A stretch of DNA of 64,000 bases from Mustelus asterias (GCF_964213995.1 NC_135806.1:42036001-42100000); one strand, 5' to 3'. Counted from the stretch's first letter, positions 49,200-62,877 are shown. Translations and numbers: made by a program. Notes: generated by a model not told the origin, from the letters alone.

Positions 49200-50330
49200 A
49201 CAACAAAAGCTTGCATTTGTATAGTGCCTTTAATGTGAGAAAGGTACCAGGTATTTTGCAGGAAAGTTAACATAAAATTTGACACTGAGCCACAAGATGA
49301 CCAAATGCTTGATCAAAAAGCTAGGTTTTAAGGAGTATCTGAAAAGAGGAGAGAAAGCTAGAGGTTTAAGAATGCCAGAGTTTGGAGTCTAGACAAGGCT
49401 ACCAACAGTGGGGTGAAAGAAGTCGGCGACACTTAATAGGCCAGACTTGGAGGTTCCTGAAGTGTTGTAGGGCTGGGGGAAGTTATAGAAATATGGAGGG
49501 GGAGACTAGTGAGAGAATAGAGGAGACAATTTTAGATGTGAGGTGTTGCTGGACTGGGAACCACTATAGGTCACCAAGTGTAGGTGATGGTGAACAGTTT
49601 TAGATAAGTTTAAGTTTACTAAGGGTGAAAGATGGGAGGCTTGTTAGGAGAACATTGAAATAGCTGCGTCTGGAGATAACAAAGTATTGATGAGTATTTA
49701 AATTGCAGATGGACTGAGGCAGGAGCAGAGATGGGTAATATTATGGAGATTGCAGTCTTAGTGATAGAGGACATGGAACACAACTTTGGATCAAATAGAA
49801 TGCTAAGGTTCAGCTTCAGATAGTGGCCAGGGAGGGGAATAAAATTGATGGCTAGGGAATGGAGTTTGTGGCGGGAACTGAAGACAATTGCTTTGATCTT
49901 CCTATTATCTAAATTGGAGGAAATTTCTGTCAATTCAATACTGGATGTCTAACCAACTTACTTACCAGAGATTTTGTAGGGTTCAAGAGAAGTGGTGCTG
50001 AGGTTGAGTTGTTTGTCAGGATATATCTGTGGAATCTGATTTGTTTTCAGGTGATGCTGCTAAGAGGCAATATGCAGGTGAGGAATAGAATGGGGCCCAG
50101 GAAAAATCCTTTGGGTACCTTGGAGGTAATTATGCAGAAGTGGAAAGAGAAGTCATTGCAAGAGATTCTCTGGCTGTTACTGGATCGACAAGAATTAAAC
50201 CAAGTGAGGATAGTGCCACCCAACTGAGCAAAGATGGAGAAATGTTGGAGGAGGGTGGTGGGGTCAACTGTGTCAAAGTCTGCAGACAGGACAGGAAGAT
50301 TGAGTGTGTAAAGTTTATAGTGCTAGATTA
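49200..50330 (-). mobile_element. Degraded L2-like LINE 3' part (related pieces at ~10465-10630 and 36060-36350)
   Basis: 3' end reads as the reverse complement of AACAACAAAAGCTTGCATTTGTATAGTGCCTTT; RT-like remnants are present; family assignment is inferred. Confidence 0.55.
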
Positions 50331-51391
50331 ACTGGCTGTCTCTCTAATTTGTGCTGGGGCCGTGAAAAATGTTATATAAATTCATGTTCTTTTTGGTGCA
50401 AAATGATTCGGTGATACAGTTGTATGATTCAAGTGCACTCTGAAACATTTATATGAAAATAGTCACTGTTGCTGCTTGTTATTCCTCCTACTTAATTGTT
50501 TATGACACAGCTTTGATCAATGAGTTGGAAATGAACAGGCAGAATTGGATGAGTTATTTTTCACAGTAGCTGCTGATCAAGCAATCAGAGGAGATCCTCT
50601 GACTCCTTGTTGGATTGGCCTCACTGCTTAAATGACTACATCCACGTAGATCATAGGGATTTCCTATGAGCGAAACAATACCCAGAAACAGCATTGAGTG
50701 AAAATGTGAGTTGTACCATGTCGTGCTTGCATATGCTGTTCATCCAAAACCCAAGTTCAATGAATGAGTGGTTAAAAACAGTATTCCGATCAAGAACTGT
50801 AATTCCTCAGGCATTCTGGTAACTAACCCAGATAAACCTCACATTTGATATCCTAAAGGACCATGCACAGTCAGTGACACATCCCAAAAGTAGTATGGAG
50901 GATAAAAACAGACAACATTTGTCATTCCAAGATTTACCAACTATGACCGTGGCCCCATGATAGCACTCTTGCCTCTGAAATGGAAGGTTTTATTTAATTC
51001 TTAACCTAGGATTTAAGCATGTAATCCAGGCTGACAATTCACTGTATTACGCAGGGAGTGCTGCAGTGTCACAGATGCTGACTTTGGATGATATGAGGTT
51101 CTGTCTTCCTGTTCAGATGGTTGCAGAAGTTTCTGTGCTGTTGTTTGAAAAAGATCATGGGTATCCTGAAAATAGACATCCCTTGACAAACATCAGTCAA
51201 ACACATCATTGGTCATTGTACTGCTGTTTGTGCACAAAACTGGCTAAATAATAAACACAATGACTGCACTTAAAAGTAATTCATTGGCATTAGCAATATT
51301 TTGATGACTCAATAGCACTACACCAATGTAACCCCTTTCTTTATGTTTTAATAAGTTTGTCTAATGGTCTCTATTTAATTCATAGGTAACC

Positions 51392-51976
51392 ATGGAGATC
51401 AGTGGTCTCCCACTGGAGTTGTGGCGCCTGATTCTGGCTTATTTACCTCTTCCAGACCTGGGTCGCTGCTGCGTGGTGTGCAGAGCTTGGCAAGAACTGA
51501 TTATCAGCCTGGATAATACCCGTTGGAGGCAACTGTGTCTTGGATGTAGTGAGTGCAAACACCCAAACTGGCCTATTCATCCTAATGTTGAGCCTCATTC
51601 CTGGCGGGATGCTTTTAAACAACATCATTTAACTTCAAAGATCTGGACCAGAAATGCCCAGGACCTGGAATCCTCAAACTGCTTGTATTTATTTAGGCGG
51701 AAGAAGGATAGAAAAACTATATTTGTTGGCCCAACAAGTGAACATGTAAACCTCAGGAGTGCCTTAGCAGTTGCCAATGTGTATGATAAGATTATTATTT
51801 CCCCTGGAGTATATGAAGAACAGAATGAGGTGACGTTAAAAGTCCCTGTGGAAATAATTGGACATGGAAAGCTAGGGGATGTGGCACTCCTCATTAGTTT
51901 CGACCAACATTGTCCAACAGTACGACTATGCAATCTGGCCCTCATGCCCGCATGGTTCACACCTGTTGTGTACAAG
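51392..51976 (+). CDS. FBXO10: FBXO10 first coding exon (exon starts at 51386): F-box and start of beta-helix region, 195 aa
   Basis: MEISGLPLELWRLILAYLPLPDLGRCCVVCRAW (F-box)...CKHPNWP...PAWFTPVVYK matches vertebrate FBXO10; acceptor TAG at 51385; phase-0 donor AAG|GTGAGC. Confidence 0.96.
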
Positions 51977-54299
51977 GTGAGCATCTATTCTAGAATATCT
52001 AGTAGGAACTTAGCAATCTAATGTTTCACCCCAATATGAGTGGGCACTGCCAGTCACTGGCTAGCACCATCAGCTGTTCGCCATTTCCTGCACCGGATAC
52101 CCTGTGCCCCTGAGTTGGTTTGCAGTTTAACATTAGACTTGTGCTACAGGCTTGTTCACAATAGGCATTAGACTGAATATCCTATGTAGGATCCTTGCAA
52201 ACAGCAAAGGAGATGATTGCCTTGGTAGTCTGAATTGATTTGAAACCAGGTTTGAGAGGCTAAAGACTAGAGTTTGATCTAACATGCACACCAGTCACAT
52301 GAACATGTCTTGAAGTGAGAGGCCTTTTACTTAGAGTGCCATTTGATAATGGCCAGTGATCATTCAGGCTGTATATAAGAGTGTGTACTGAAAAGGAAGG
52401 TTGAGTAATTGCTACAAAGGCTCTGGTTGTCTGACCGTTCTTGAAGCTGCTGGTTTATGGATTTAATAAATTACATGCTCAATCCATATTAGTTTGCACT
52501 TTTCTTTGCCAAACACATCCAATTTCCTACAGCTAAAAGCTAAGATTTAACCTGCCAGACATTAGATGCTCTTGCTGCCTTTCCAGGTAATGGTGTGGAT
52601 TAAATCTGTAGGGGGGATGGAGGAAGTGGGTCGCTTTGGCCAATACTGGTTATCTGCATTTGCCACCTGTCAACAAGTGGCCTGCAAATTTAAGGGACCT
52701 TACAATGTTTTTGGTATGGGGGGGGGGGATTTGCATATTTTTGACGATATTTTTTGCACTGTTCAAAACTGTGTAATATTCAAGACTGATAGATTTATGT
52801 TGGGTAAGGGTATCTAGAGACATAAATTAAAGGGAAGTAAATGGAGTCGAGCTGCAGATCAGCCATGAACTAATTGAATGCTAGAACAGGCGCAAGGGTC
52901 TGAAAGGCTTACTCCTATTCCTCAGTTCCCTAGTGCAGAACATTTTGGATGGCCCAGCATATAGATGTTGTACTTCAGTCCTATGGCCTACACACAATAA
53001 CTTGGTGCATTGTGAAAAAATAGTCCTTAACATTATTAATTTGAGTAGCTGGCCATTTTGTATTTAATTGAAAATGCCTAGTTGCTGATATGCGGCAAAT
53101 AGTCATGTTCAATAATTTAGATTAATAATTTAAATCAGTTTATTAGATTATTGATTATAAACCTCTCTAAATGTCAATATTCATTTTGCTTGTAGTTAGG
53201 CTAAATCAGTAGCTTGTCAAATTTTATTCCGATAATTTATATAATTGCACTGTCAATAAATAGTCAAACATAAGATTAAAAGGTGAAGTGAAGGTGTGGT
53301 CTTACTGGTACTTGGTCACTGTAGAAAAGTTTAGCATGAATAATAGCTTGAGGAAAATCTTATTTTGTGCATTTTTGAGCACAGAGAAAGGAGTACACTC
53401 TCAAACAATTTGAACTTTGCGGAAACATCATGGAAATATACATATGGAATTAAATAAGTGTTTAACCTATCTAGGGGCAATTACCTAAAATGGTCCACGT
53501 CCAACTGACACCATTATAAATCTCCAAACCTTGTTTAATCTCCTGAATAATGATGTCTAAAATAATCATTTTGAAATTTCTTTATGAGCCAGTCAGTCAG
53601 AAATTCATTGCATTACCTATTTATGGCTGATTGCATCCCACTGATCATCCATTGGTCTATGGCCATGCTCCATTTGAGGGTATGGTGGAAGATGGAGGCA
53701 TTTGGGAAGAAGCATAAATGACTGAAAGAGTGGATAGGGGAGTGACTTGTAGGCCAATATGAAACAAACAGGGCTGTGTGCAGCTGTATGAGTGAAAGAA
53801 GCTGCTGAAATTGGGTGCAGCAAGGCCACAAAGTAAACAAGGATGGGAAACTTAAAACCAATTCACTGGGGATGCAGTGCAGCGAGATGAGAGTGTGGGA
53901 TTTTACATGGGTGAGCATACATGTTGAGGTATTCAGTCGGAATTGTAACCTGTGGAGCTTGCAAGAGTAGCGCTTGAAAAATTGAATGTAGAGACGATAA
54001 AGGTGTGGATTGTGCTTTTCGTAATGCCAAAGGCAGATTGGAGCAAATATGGAAGGAGCTAGCATAGGTGTTAATGTAGATGTGGGAAAGGAAAAGTAAT
54101 ATAGAAAAGGAGAGAACAGTTTTTTGCTACTTCCTTGAAAACTGTTTATAAAAATTAATGGAGAGTTTTAATTAAGGGTACATTTTGTCTAGTGACTCAC
54201 TGATTTATGCTTTTAAAAATTCCTTGTCATGCATAAATTAAGGTGCAAGAATTACCGACAGGGAGATTTTTTGAAGATTTTAACAAAATAGAAATGGAA

Positions 54300-55720
54300 A
54301 AACACTAATAGGTATGTTGCAAAGGCCAGCAATGAGTGGGGAAGATACAATGGAGAAAAATTGCCAGGAGTTGCAAAAACTGGGGAGTAGTGAAAAATGG
54401 AGGATTTCAGTTTTCTTAATACAGATTAGGATAGCCAGCATGGATTTGTTGAAGGCAAATTGTGTTTAACTAACTTGATTGAATTTTTTGATGAGTTAAC
54501 AGGAATGGTTGATGAGGGTAATGTTCTTGATGTGTTGTGTATGGACTTCCAAAAGATATTTAATGAAGTGTTACCTAATAGACTTGCAGAGCTGAAGTCC
54601 ATGAAATAAAAGGTACGATGGCAGCATGGATACAAAGTTGGTTAGTGATAGAAAACAGAGTAGTGGTGAATGGTTGCTTTTTTGGACTGGAGGAAACTAT
54701 ACAGCAAGGTTCCACAGGGCCTGGTGTTAGGACCCTTGCTTTTCTTGGTGACTTAGACCTGGGTGTGCGTGGCACAATTTCAAAATTTTCAGGTGACACA
54801 AAACTTGGAAGCATTGTAAACTGTGAGGAGGATAATGATAGACGAGGACTAGGACAGGCTGGTGGAATGGGCAGATTGTAGCAGATGTGGAGAAATATGA
54901 AGTGGTATATTTTGGTAAGAAGAACAAGGAGCGCCAATATGAAATAAAGTGCATAATTCTAATGGGGATGGTGAAACCAAGAGTCCTGAGGTATGTGTGC
55001 GCACATGGTTGAAGGGCACGTGAGTGGTTAAAAAGACATGCACGATTTTGGGCCATATAAATCAGGGCATAGTGCTCAACAGAAAGGAAGAGGAAGTTAA
55101 GATAAACTTATAAACTCTGATTTGGCTTTAACAGGAATATTGACCGGAATTCTCCCAAAACAATTCTAAGTGTAGAATTTGCGTGAAAACTGGAGTAATT
55201 CTCGGTGGGAATTCAGAGAAGAATCTCCCACACTCTGTGCACTGCAGAAGTCACTAGCGTGTATATCATTATAAATCAGTAAGCAGAGCCTATCCCCACT
55301 GGAGAGACTGAAATCGGCATGCTGAGCGGCCGACTGTGCATGCGCTGATCTGTCGGTGCCAAGATTGGCGCGTGCGCTGTAGCCTCACACTGCTGGCCTC
55401 CCGACTGCTGGCCAGCCTGATCGCCGACACCCCCCCACCCCGACGCTATTGGGGCAGGAATGCCTGCGTGAATGCCGCACATCGGCCGCCATGAGATTCT
55501 CCCAGCCTGCTGTGCTAAGAAATTAGCGCAGCAGGATGGGAGAATCACCCCCATTGTGTCCAATTCAGGGCACCACACTTGAGGAAGGATGTGAAGTCAT
55601 TAGAGAGGATGCAGAAGCTATTTGGGAGAATGGTTGCAGGGATGAGAGACTTCAGTTACAGATTGGAGCAGCTGGGGTTGTTTGCCTTAGAGAAGGGAAA
55701 TTGTGAGGAGATTAGATAGA
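54300..55720 (+). mobile_element. Degraded CR1 LINE interrupted by a MITE
   Basis: SQHGFVEGKLCLTNLIEFF, MDFQK and SKFSGDTKL motifs; the EY|CVQF codons are split at 55141/55553. Confidence 0.85.
55142..55552 (+). mobile_element. Short Harbinger-type MITE
   Basis: Imperfect TIRs (GAATTCTCCC / GGGAGAATC); 3-bp TSD ATT; removing it restores the CR1 sequence GAATATTGTGTCCAATTC. Confidence 0.82.
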
Positions 55721-56640
55721 TGCTGAACAGGGCTGCCAGGGCAGTTGACCTTGGGAAGGAGGTAAAAACAGGCAGTTCAGAGTTTGGGGACAATGAGATT
55801 GGAGGCCTTGAAAAGAAGAGCTCCAGAGGAGATGAGGTCAGTGACAGACCTAGAGATGAAGGCTTGATCTTTGGTGGTGGGATCATGGTCCAAGGGGAGG
55901 TAGAAGGTGGTGTCAGAGAGCTGTTTTTTGGCCTAAGAGAATGGAGTGCAGAGATTTCAGAGGAAGACCGGTTAAAGTGAGTGAGAGGAGCAGAGAAATT
56001 GAGATGGCCAGTGCCATACTGGCAGTTCTTAAGATCTGGAGAAGGTGAGGAGCCAGAGGGAGGGGTCCGGATAGAGGGAAGATTCTAAAAACACTGGGAA
56101 GGGAAGACACCTGGCCAAGGAAGTGGGTGGGAAGTTGAAAGTGACGGAAGAAGAGCTCCGTGTTATGCCATGTTCAAAAGTCATTGAGATTGGGTTGTAA
56201 GGGGAGGGGATTGAGGCCTTTGCTCAGGACAGATCATTTTAAGTCAGAGAGCGGAAGGTGAGAGGGTGTTGTAAATACGTGGCAAGAGGTAAGATTAGAA
56301 GAAGGGATGGGGTCAGAGGGAATTGAAGTGGAAGAAAAATCTGCAGGGCCATTGCTATCCATGAATTGCTGAAGCTTGTGATCTTTCGAATGAGACAGAA
56401 TGAAATGAAAGTGTGGACCAGGAGAGCTTTGAGAGAGTTCTTGCTGCTGAAGAGAGAAGCTGAGTGTGTGCATTTGGGTGTGGATTGCAGAATGTGATGA
56501 GAACAATGGTTCGAGGAACACTGAATGTCTAGGAGATATCTGTAATTGTGAGATGAAGTAAAACATGAAGGGTGGAATTTCAGATGGAATCCAGATGAAG
56601 TAAGTCAGAGCTGGAGACAGTTGCAAAATCCTTCACCCTT
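55720..56640 (-). mobile_element. Degraded N-terminal portion of a different Penelope-like family
   Basis: Minus-strand CHVFTTPSHLPLSDLK*SVLSKGL resembles the LSKGL motif preceding the PLE RT. Confidence 0.6.
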
Positions 56641-57559
56641 TACAACCATTCAGAAGTGATAATTATGGGAAGAGTTTTAAGATACTGGGATTGATTCACT
56701 GGAACAGAATTAATGGAGTAGTGAGGGATTTGGGGCATCTTTAAGAGAATATAAGTAGTTGAAGCAGAGAACACACTGGATCATGGGGAGAGCAGAGCAG
56801 TGGACTAGATTTTTGATTGCTCTAGCAAAGACATGGCACACACCATATCATCTGAATGGCCTCCAGCTGTGCTATAAATTTCTTTAATACTGTGGAAAGC
56901 ACCAAGCTGCACACTACCTGAGAAAACTAAGTCCCTTAGAGCTTGATTAATGTACAATGGACAACTTATTCATCTTTAATGGAAGATTGTACTGGACTTT
57001 TCAATATGGGCCTTTTGAGTAAGAGGAATTCTATTGCAAGGCTGTAGTTACAGATACTTAGAACAACTATTGAAAAAATAGATTTTGGGATTTGAAGCTG
57101 CAATTGTAAGTGCGTAATTCTACAATTTTAGAGAGCTAAAATTATCAAGTGCCCCTCTAGCTTTTGAGGTTCCATTGCTATGTGATGAGTCAGAACACTT
57201 TCTTTATGTGAATTTATGCTAATTTATTTCCCTTGTTCATCACTTCCACACTGTTGTTTAGACTCAGTCTTGACTTGCAATTTTTAAAAAGAATTGAGTG
57301 GATGATGAGCTCCCACACCCCTCCACAAGTGCCCCTGCAGGTGGATTAAAGGTGCAAGATGCCATCTTGGCTTGATTTCCCCATCTAATTCTAAGATTCT
57401 AAGATCTGATCTTCCTTCATTCGTCAGCCTCATCTCAGCATTGGCCCATGTCAACGTGGCTCCATCAAGAAGTAGAATTGGACCCGAATTTCTTAATACT
57501 GTGTTAATGATCCAACACTCAAAACTCTAACTGGATTTTGGTCATTTTGAATACAGGAT

Positions 57560-57905
57560 CGGCATGGTAGCACAGTGGTTAGCACTGCTGCTTCACAGCT
57601 CCAGGGACCTGGGTTCGATTCCCGGCTTGGGTCAGTGTCTGTGTGGAGTTTGCACATTCGCCTCGTGTCTGCGTGGGTTTCCTCCGGGTGCTCCGGTTTC
57701 CTCCCACAGTCCAAAGATGTGCGGGTTAGGTTGATTGGCCATGCTAAAATTGCCCCTTAGTGTCCTGAGATGTGTAGGTTAGAGGGATTAGTGGGTAAAT
57801 ATGTGGGGATATGGGGATAGGGCCTGGGTGGGAATGTGGTCGGTGCAGACTCGATGGGCCAAATGGCCTCCTTCTGCACTGTAGGGTTTCTATGATTTCT
57901 ATGAT
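57560..57905 (+). mobile_element. Full-length young HE1-like SINE (FBXO10 intron 2)
   Basis: Near-identical to 17972-18318. Confidence 0.92.
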
Positions 57906-59079
57906 CCCTTCAAAAAGTTTTGTTTCTCAGTTCCTGGATTAAACAGTCAGAACTGATTATTAGAACCCTAGTTTGAAATTAATTTTCATTTGGTCCAAAT
58001 GGGGAGTGGGATCTGTCTGATGCAGAGGGGCTGAGCAACTAAGGAACTGTACTCTCAGTAATTCACATACAAATGTTGGCAATTCCGTTCATTTTCCTTT
58101 TTGCTATAAGATAGTCCTCGGCTGCTTCATGTAGTCTTTTGCTCATCTGTGTCAAAGGAGGAGGTAAGATTAAAAGCAAAATACCGCGGATGCTGGAATC
58201 TGAACCAAAAACAGAGTGTGCTGGAAAAACTCAGCAGGTCTGACGGCATTTGTCAGGAGAAAAGATGGAGGCAAGGTACCATGGAGATAGAGGAGGCAAG
58301 ATTGTTGCTGTAAGGGGAATATCCTTGTACTGCATCTTTACCAGCTAACTCAGGTGTCTGCGGTGTCTATTAGTGTATTTGATTTGGCTTTGTATTTCAT
58401 TCTTTGCTGAGCCACTGGTGAATCCAGGGCAGCTTGGAGTAATTGGAATTATTCACACAATGGAGTCAAAGCTGATTTTACCGGCACTTGGTTCAGGATA
58501 AGTATTTACAGTGTGTTTTTATACCAATCCTCAGTCATTGTTGCTTCCAGCAGTTGGCAGCAACGTCAGGTTAGACTTGTCAACACATATACTGCCAGTG
58601 AGGAACATTCGTTTCTCGTTGGGGAGTCTTAGTTGTCACAGCTGTTGAAGCTGGGTAAACAGTGACTGCAGTACCTTTCATTGGTCACGATGCTGTGTTA
58701 TATCTGTAACGTGTGTGATAAATTACCAGTGTTACCACTGAGAAGACACTACTACTACTGGGTGCAGCACAACATCAATACATAGAAAACTTAGTGCCAC
58801 AGACTAGGTCACCGCTCAATATTGGATATCATTATAGTCTCTCAGATTTTTAGGACACTGGGTTTGTGTGCACAGTGACACAGATTGATGGGGTACAGTT
58901 TAATTTTTGGTTTCGTTGTGCAGATCCACAGGCTGAATAGTGCAAGCTTAATTCCCCCCAGCTCTGCTTTGTGCATGAGTAAACTGATTCCGCATTGAGG
59001 AGATGATCCAATCAGCTTTCCTTGCACCACCTCCCCATCATGGAGACAAATCAGGTGATGAGTTGCAATGGGGCAGCAT

Positions 59080-59402
59080 TTCATAGAATCCCTACAGTGC
59101 AGAAGGAGGCCATTCGGCCCATTTGAGTCTGCACTGACCACAATCCCACCCAGGCCCTATTCCCGTAACCCGTCATTCACCCTGCTAATCCCCCTGACAC
59201 TAGGGTTAATTTTAGCATGGCCAATCAACCTAACCCACACATCTTTGGATTGTGGGAGGAAACTGGAGCACCCAGAGGAAACCCACGCAGACATGGGGAG
59301 AATGTGCAAGCTCCACACAGACAGTGACCCGAAGCTGGAATTGAACCTGGGTCCCTGGTGCTGTGAGACAGCAGTGCCAATCATTGTGCCACCGTGCCGC
59401 CC
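59080..59402 (-). mobile_element. Full-length HE1-like SINE
   Basis: Reverse complement of the SINE head, body and tail. Confidence 0.9.
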
Positions 59403-60203
59403 CATTTGCACAACTTAGTGGCAATATGAAATAATGTTGGTGAATGTATCCATGGACATTGCTTCTAAGGAGTGTCTGTTGTTGAGAAGACCAGTGTTAG
59501 AAAAAATACAAAGTAAACTATTGAATAAATGCTATTTTTCTGGTATTAGAAAAATCCCTAATCATTAATTTATTTCTATTAGTAACTAAATATAGCAGTT
59601 TAGCTTTAGCTCTGGCACAGACCTCCGTAAAACCAACAGGGGCATGAAAATCAGTTGGATGATTTGAACACCATTGAAATTAATCACTGAAAAAATCATG
59701 ACTGCCATAAATCATGCTGAGTTTCACTCCTGAATTCCTGATGTATGTTTCTGTTGCAAAAAAGCCCTATACTGCAAATGAGGGAATCATAAGTCAACCG
59801 GTAACAATTTTGGAATTGTTTGTATTTATACAGGATGTGTTACCTTGGTATTGGGCAAGTAATCCAGAGATTGCAAGTTAAAATGCCACCAATAAATCTG
59901 ATAATTTGTGGATGAGGCAAGTGAGGCAGTGAAAGCTGTTGGTTTATTAAAAACCTAACAGGTTCACCTTATGTCCTTCAGAAAGGGGAAGCTGCCACCC
60001 TTAGCCCATCTGGGTCTATATATGGCTCTGGTCCCATGTTACATGATGGACCCAATGCCCTCAGAGCAAGCAATGTTGAGCAATAAGTACTACCTTGTCA
60101 GTGTCACCTCCCCCATCTCAAATAAAACGGAAAAGAACTAGTCTAACATGATGTGAAGAGATTGACAAGCATGCATGTTGACTTTGTCACTTTTAATCAA
60201 CAG

Positions 60204-61064
60204 ACGTTGTCCGGCCATGTCCAGTTTGATAACTGCAATATAGAAAATGGGCAGCTGCAGATCCACGCACCTGGAACCTGTCAAGTGAAGTTCTGTACTT
60301 TCAGCCAGTCTAGCATCAATTTCCACAATGTAGCTCTCAGCATAATTGAAAACTGCGAGTTTATTGGGAGTGAGAGCACATCGGTGACTGTAGAGGGCCC
60401 TGGTCTGACTGACAGAAACTGGGCCTGCAAACACCTGGCGGTGGCTGCCAAATCCAACTCTGTTTTGAATGTGCCAGGCCAAACACTTACAAATGCTTGT
60501 AGCTCTGAAAATCACTGTCAGCGTTCATCAAGCAACTTTAGAACATTTGAATTGAATGAGAATGTGACTGATTCACGCCAGGCTTCGGCCTCCAAACAAA
60601 ATTTCCAGATGCCCTGCGAGAAGGATGGTCAGTGTAATGGAGAAGGATTTGTTACAAAACGGAGCCCTTGTGAGGGGGAGGTCATCACCTTGGAGACAGA
60701 TTACAGTGACAGTGAAATGAGCACGTGTAGTGAGAATGAAGATGATGAGCAGTCTGTGTATAAACTCTCCTATCAGTCTCATGGCCTGAGTCGTTTGTTG
60801 GCAAGGACCAATCCATTTAGATCTCAGAAGAAGGGAACTGACCTCCTGCAAATGGACTTGGAGTTAAAAACTCTCCAAAAGGAGCTGCAGAAGGATAAAG
60901 ATGCTCAGATTCTTGCCACCACCCTGCAGGGCTGCTTAATCCGGAAGTGCCTGTTTCGGGATGGAAAGGGCGGTGTGTTTGTCTGCAGTCAAGGACAAGC
61001 TAGGCTGGAATGCAATATCTTCAGAAATCTGAGCTACGCTGTACGATGCATCCAAAATGCCAAG
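60204..61064 (+). CDS. FBXO10: FBXO10 second coding exon, 287 aa
   Basis: Acceptor TTTTAATCAACAG; TLSGHVQFDNCNIENGQLQIHAPGTCQVKFCTF...LQGCLIRKCLFRDGKGGVFVCS...AVRCIQNAK; donor AAG|GTATAA; in frame with the previous exon. Confidence 0.95.
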
Positions 61065-61139
61065 GTATAACTAAGAGTAATGATTTAAATCACAGAAGGG
61101 CAAGGTTACAGAGTTTTAAATAACGGGGGAACCCCTGAA

Positions 61140-61630
61140 CACTTCAGGATGATGTCGATGGGTGAAATGGGTGGGCACATGGCAGCTGCAATTTAATGCT
61201 GTGAAATGATGACGTTTGGAAGGATGAGGCAAAACATTATGAATGAAATGGTCCAGTTTTAAATGGGGTGCAGAAACAGAGACACCTGGGGTTTGCATAC
61301 ATAAATGTTTGAAGATGGCAGGACAAGTTGTTAAGGCTGTTTTTTTTTAAATAGGCATGTAGGATCCTTGGCTTTGTTTAGTACAAAAGCAAGGAAGTTA
61401 TGCTAAAAGTTTATAAATCACTTGTTATATTCAATTCTAGTCACCACACTTTAGGAAGGATGTCAAAGCCTCTGAGAGGATGCAAATGAGAATTACCTGA
61501 ATTTTTTGAGGGATGAGCTACTTTGGTTATGGTGAGGAATTAGAGCATCTGGGATTGTTTTTCTTAGAGCTGAGATGGTATTGGGGGAATTTTAATAATG
61601 GGGCTCATATTTATGAAGGATTTTGATAAA
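61140..61630 (+). mobile_element. Degraded CR1 fragment
   Basis: Remnants such as TCACCACACTTTAGGAAGGATGT and GAAGTTATGCTAAA typical of the CR1 ORF2 end. Confidence 0.7.
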
Positions 61631-62572
61631 GAGGGGAAACTTGAATGCTTTTGGAACATTCTGAAATTATAAAAGACCATAAATAGATGCAAGTTTTGTC
61701 TTGCTCTACACTTTCAAAACAGACATCTGCACTGGGTTTTCCTCCACTATCTTCTCTGAATGTTGAATTTACCAAAACCCTCTGAGGGATTCATTACTAG
61801 TCAGAGGGAACAATATTCACACAACATACAGTCCACTGTGGCTATTTCCATCAATAGTGACCTGGTGGAAGTCAGTTTTCCACTAATATCAGGGTTCAAT
61901 ACTGTAATGTACTTATTACAGTAAGTGGATGTTGCCTTCAAACATCCCCCAAGGATAGTGTGACAACCATCAGAGGAACAGGGATAGTGAATTCTAATAA
62001 TTCCAGAGTTAATTACCACTCTGTACTTTGGCTGTAGGACAAAGGTTCCGAAAGGCCATGACTTTGTCTATTTGATCTTATAAACACTGTGCATATGATC
62101 TGATGGAAAAAAGTGGCTATTGATGTTCCCAGAAGAGCTGATGTCAGGAGGTGGAAATGCATCCACTCTGAGACCTGATTTTATTGTGTGGAGGACACAA
62201 TCGAAAATAAATTTCAGATATAACTTAGGTATTGTAGAAATTCTATCTATTTATAGAGAGAATTAATATAGCATGTTTCACAACATCCGATGTCTCAAAG
62301 TGTTTTACAGTCGATTAAATACTTTTGAAGTGTAGTTACTTCACGAGTTAAATGACCAGATAATCTGTTTTTAATGATGTTGGTTAAAGGAAAAATATTC
62401 TCCCGGACACTGGAGGGAACGCTCCAGTTCTTCCTGGATAGTGTTCTGTGATCTTTTAGAGGGTAGATGGGGATTATCGTCTCATCTGAAAGATGACACC
62501 TTCAACATTGCAGCACTCCCTCAGTCCTGCTGTAAAGTGTATGCATACACTGTCTATCCTGTTCATTTGCTT

Positions 62573-62877
62573 ATAGAACCATAGAATCCTTACAGTGCAG
62601 AAGGAGGCCATTTGGCCCATTGAGTCTGCACCAAGAACAATCCCACCAAGGCCCTATCCCCGTAAGCCCATGTATTTATCCTGCTGGTCCCCCTAACACT
62701 AAGGGGCAATTTATCATGGCCAATCAACCTAACCCACACATCTTTGGATTGTGGGAGGAAACCCGCACAGACACAGGAGAACTTGCAAATTCCACACACA
62801 GTGACCCAAGACCAGAATTGAACTGGGGTCCCTGGCGCTGTGAGGCAGCAGTGCGAAACATTGTGCCACCGTGCCGT
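62573..62877 (-). mobile_element. HE1-like SINE (FBXO10 intron 3)
   Basis: Reverse complement of the SINE consensus seen elsewhere in the window. Confidence 0.9.
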
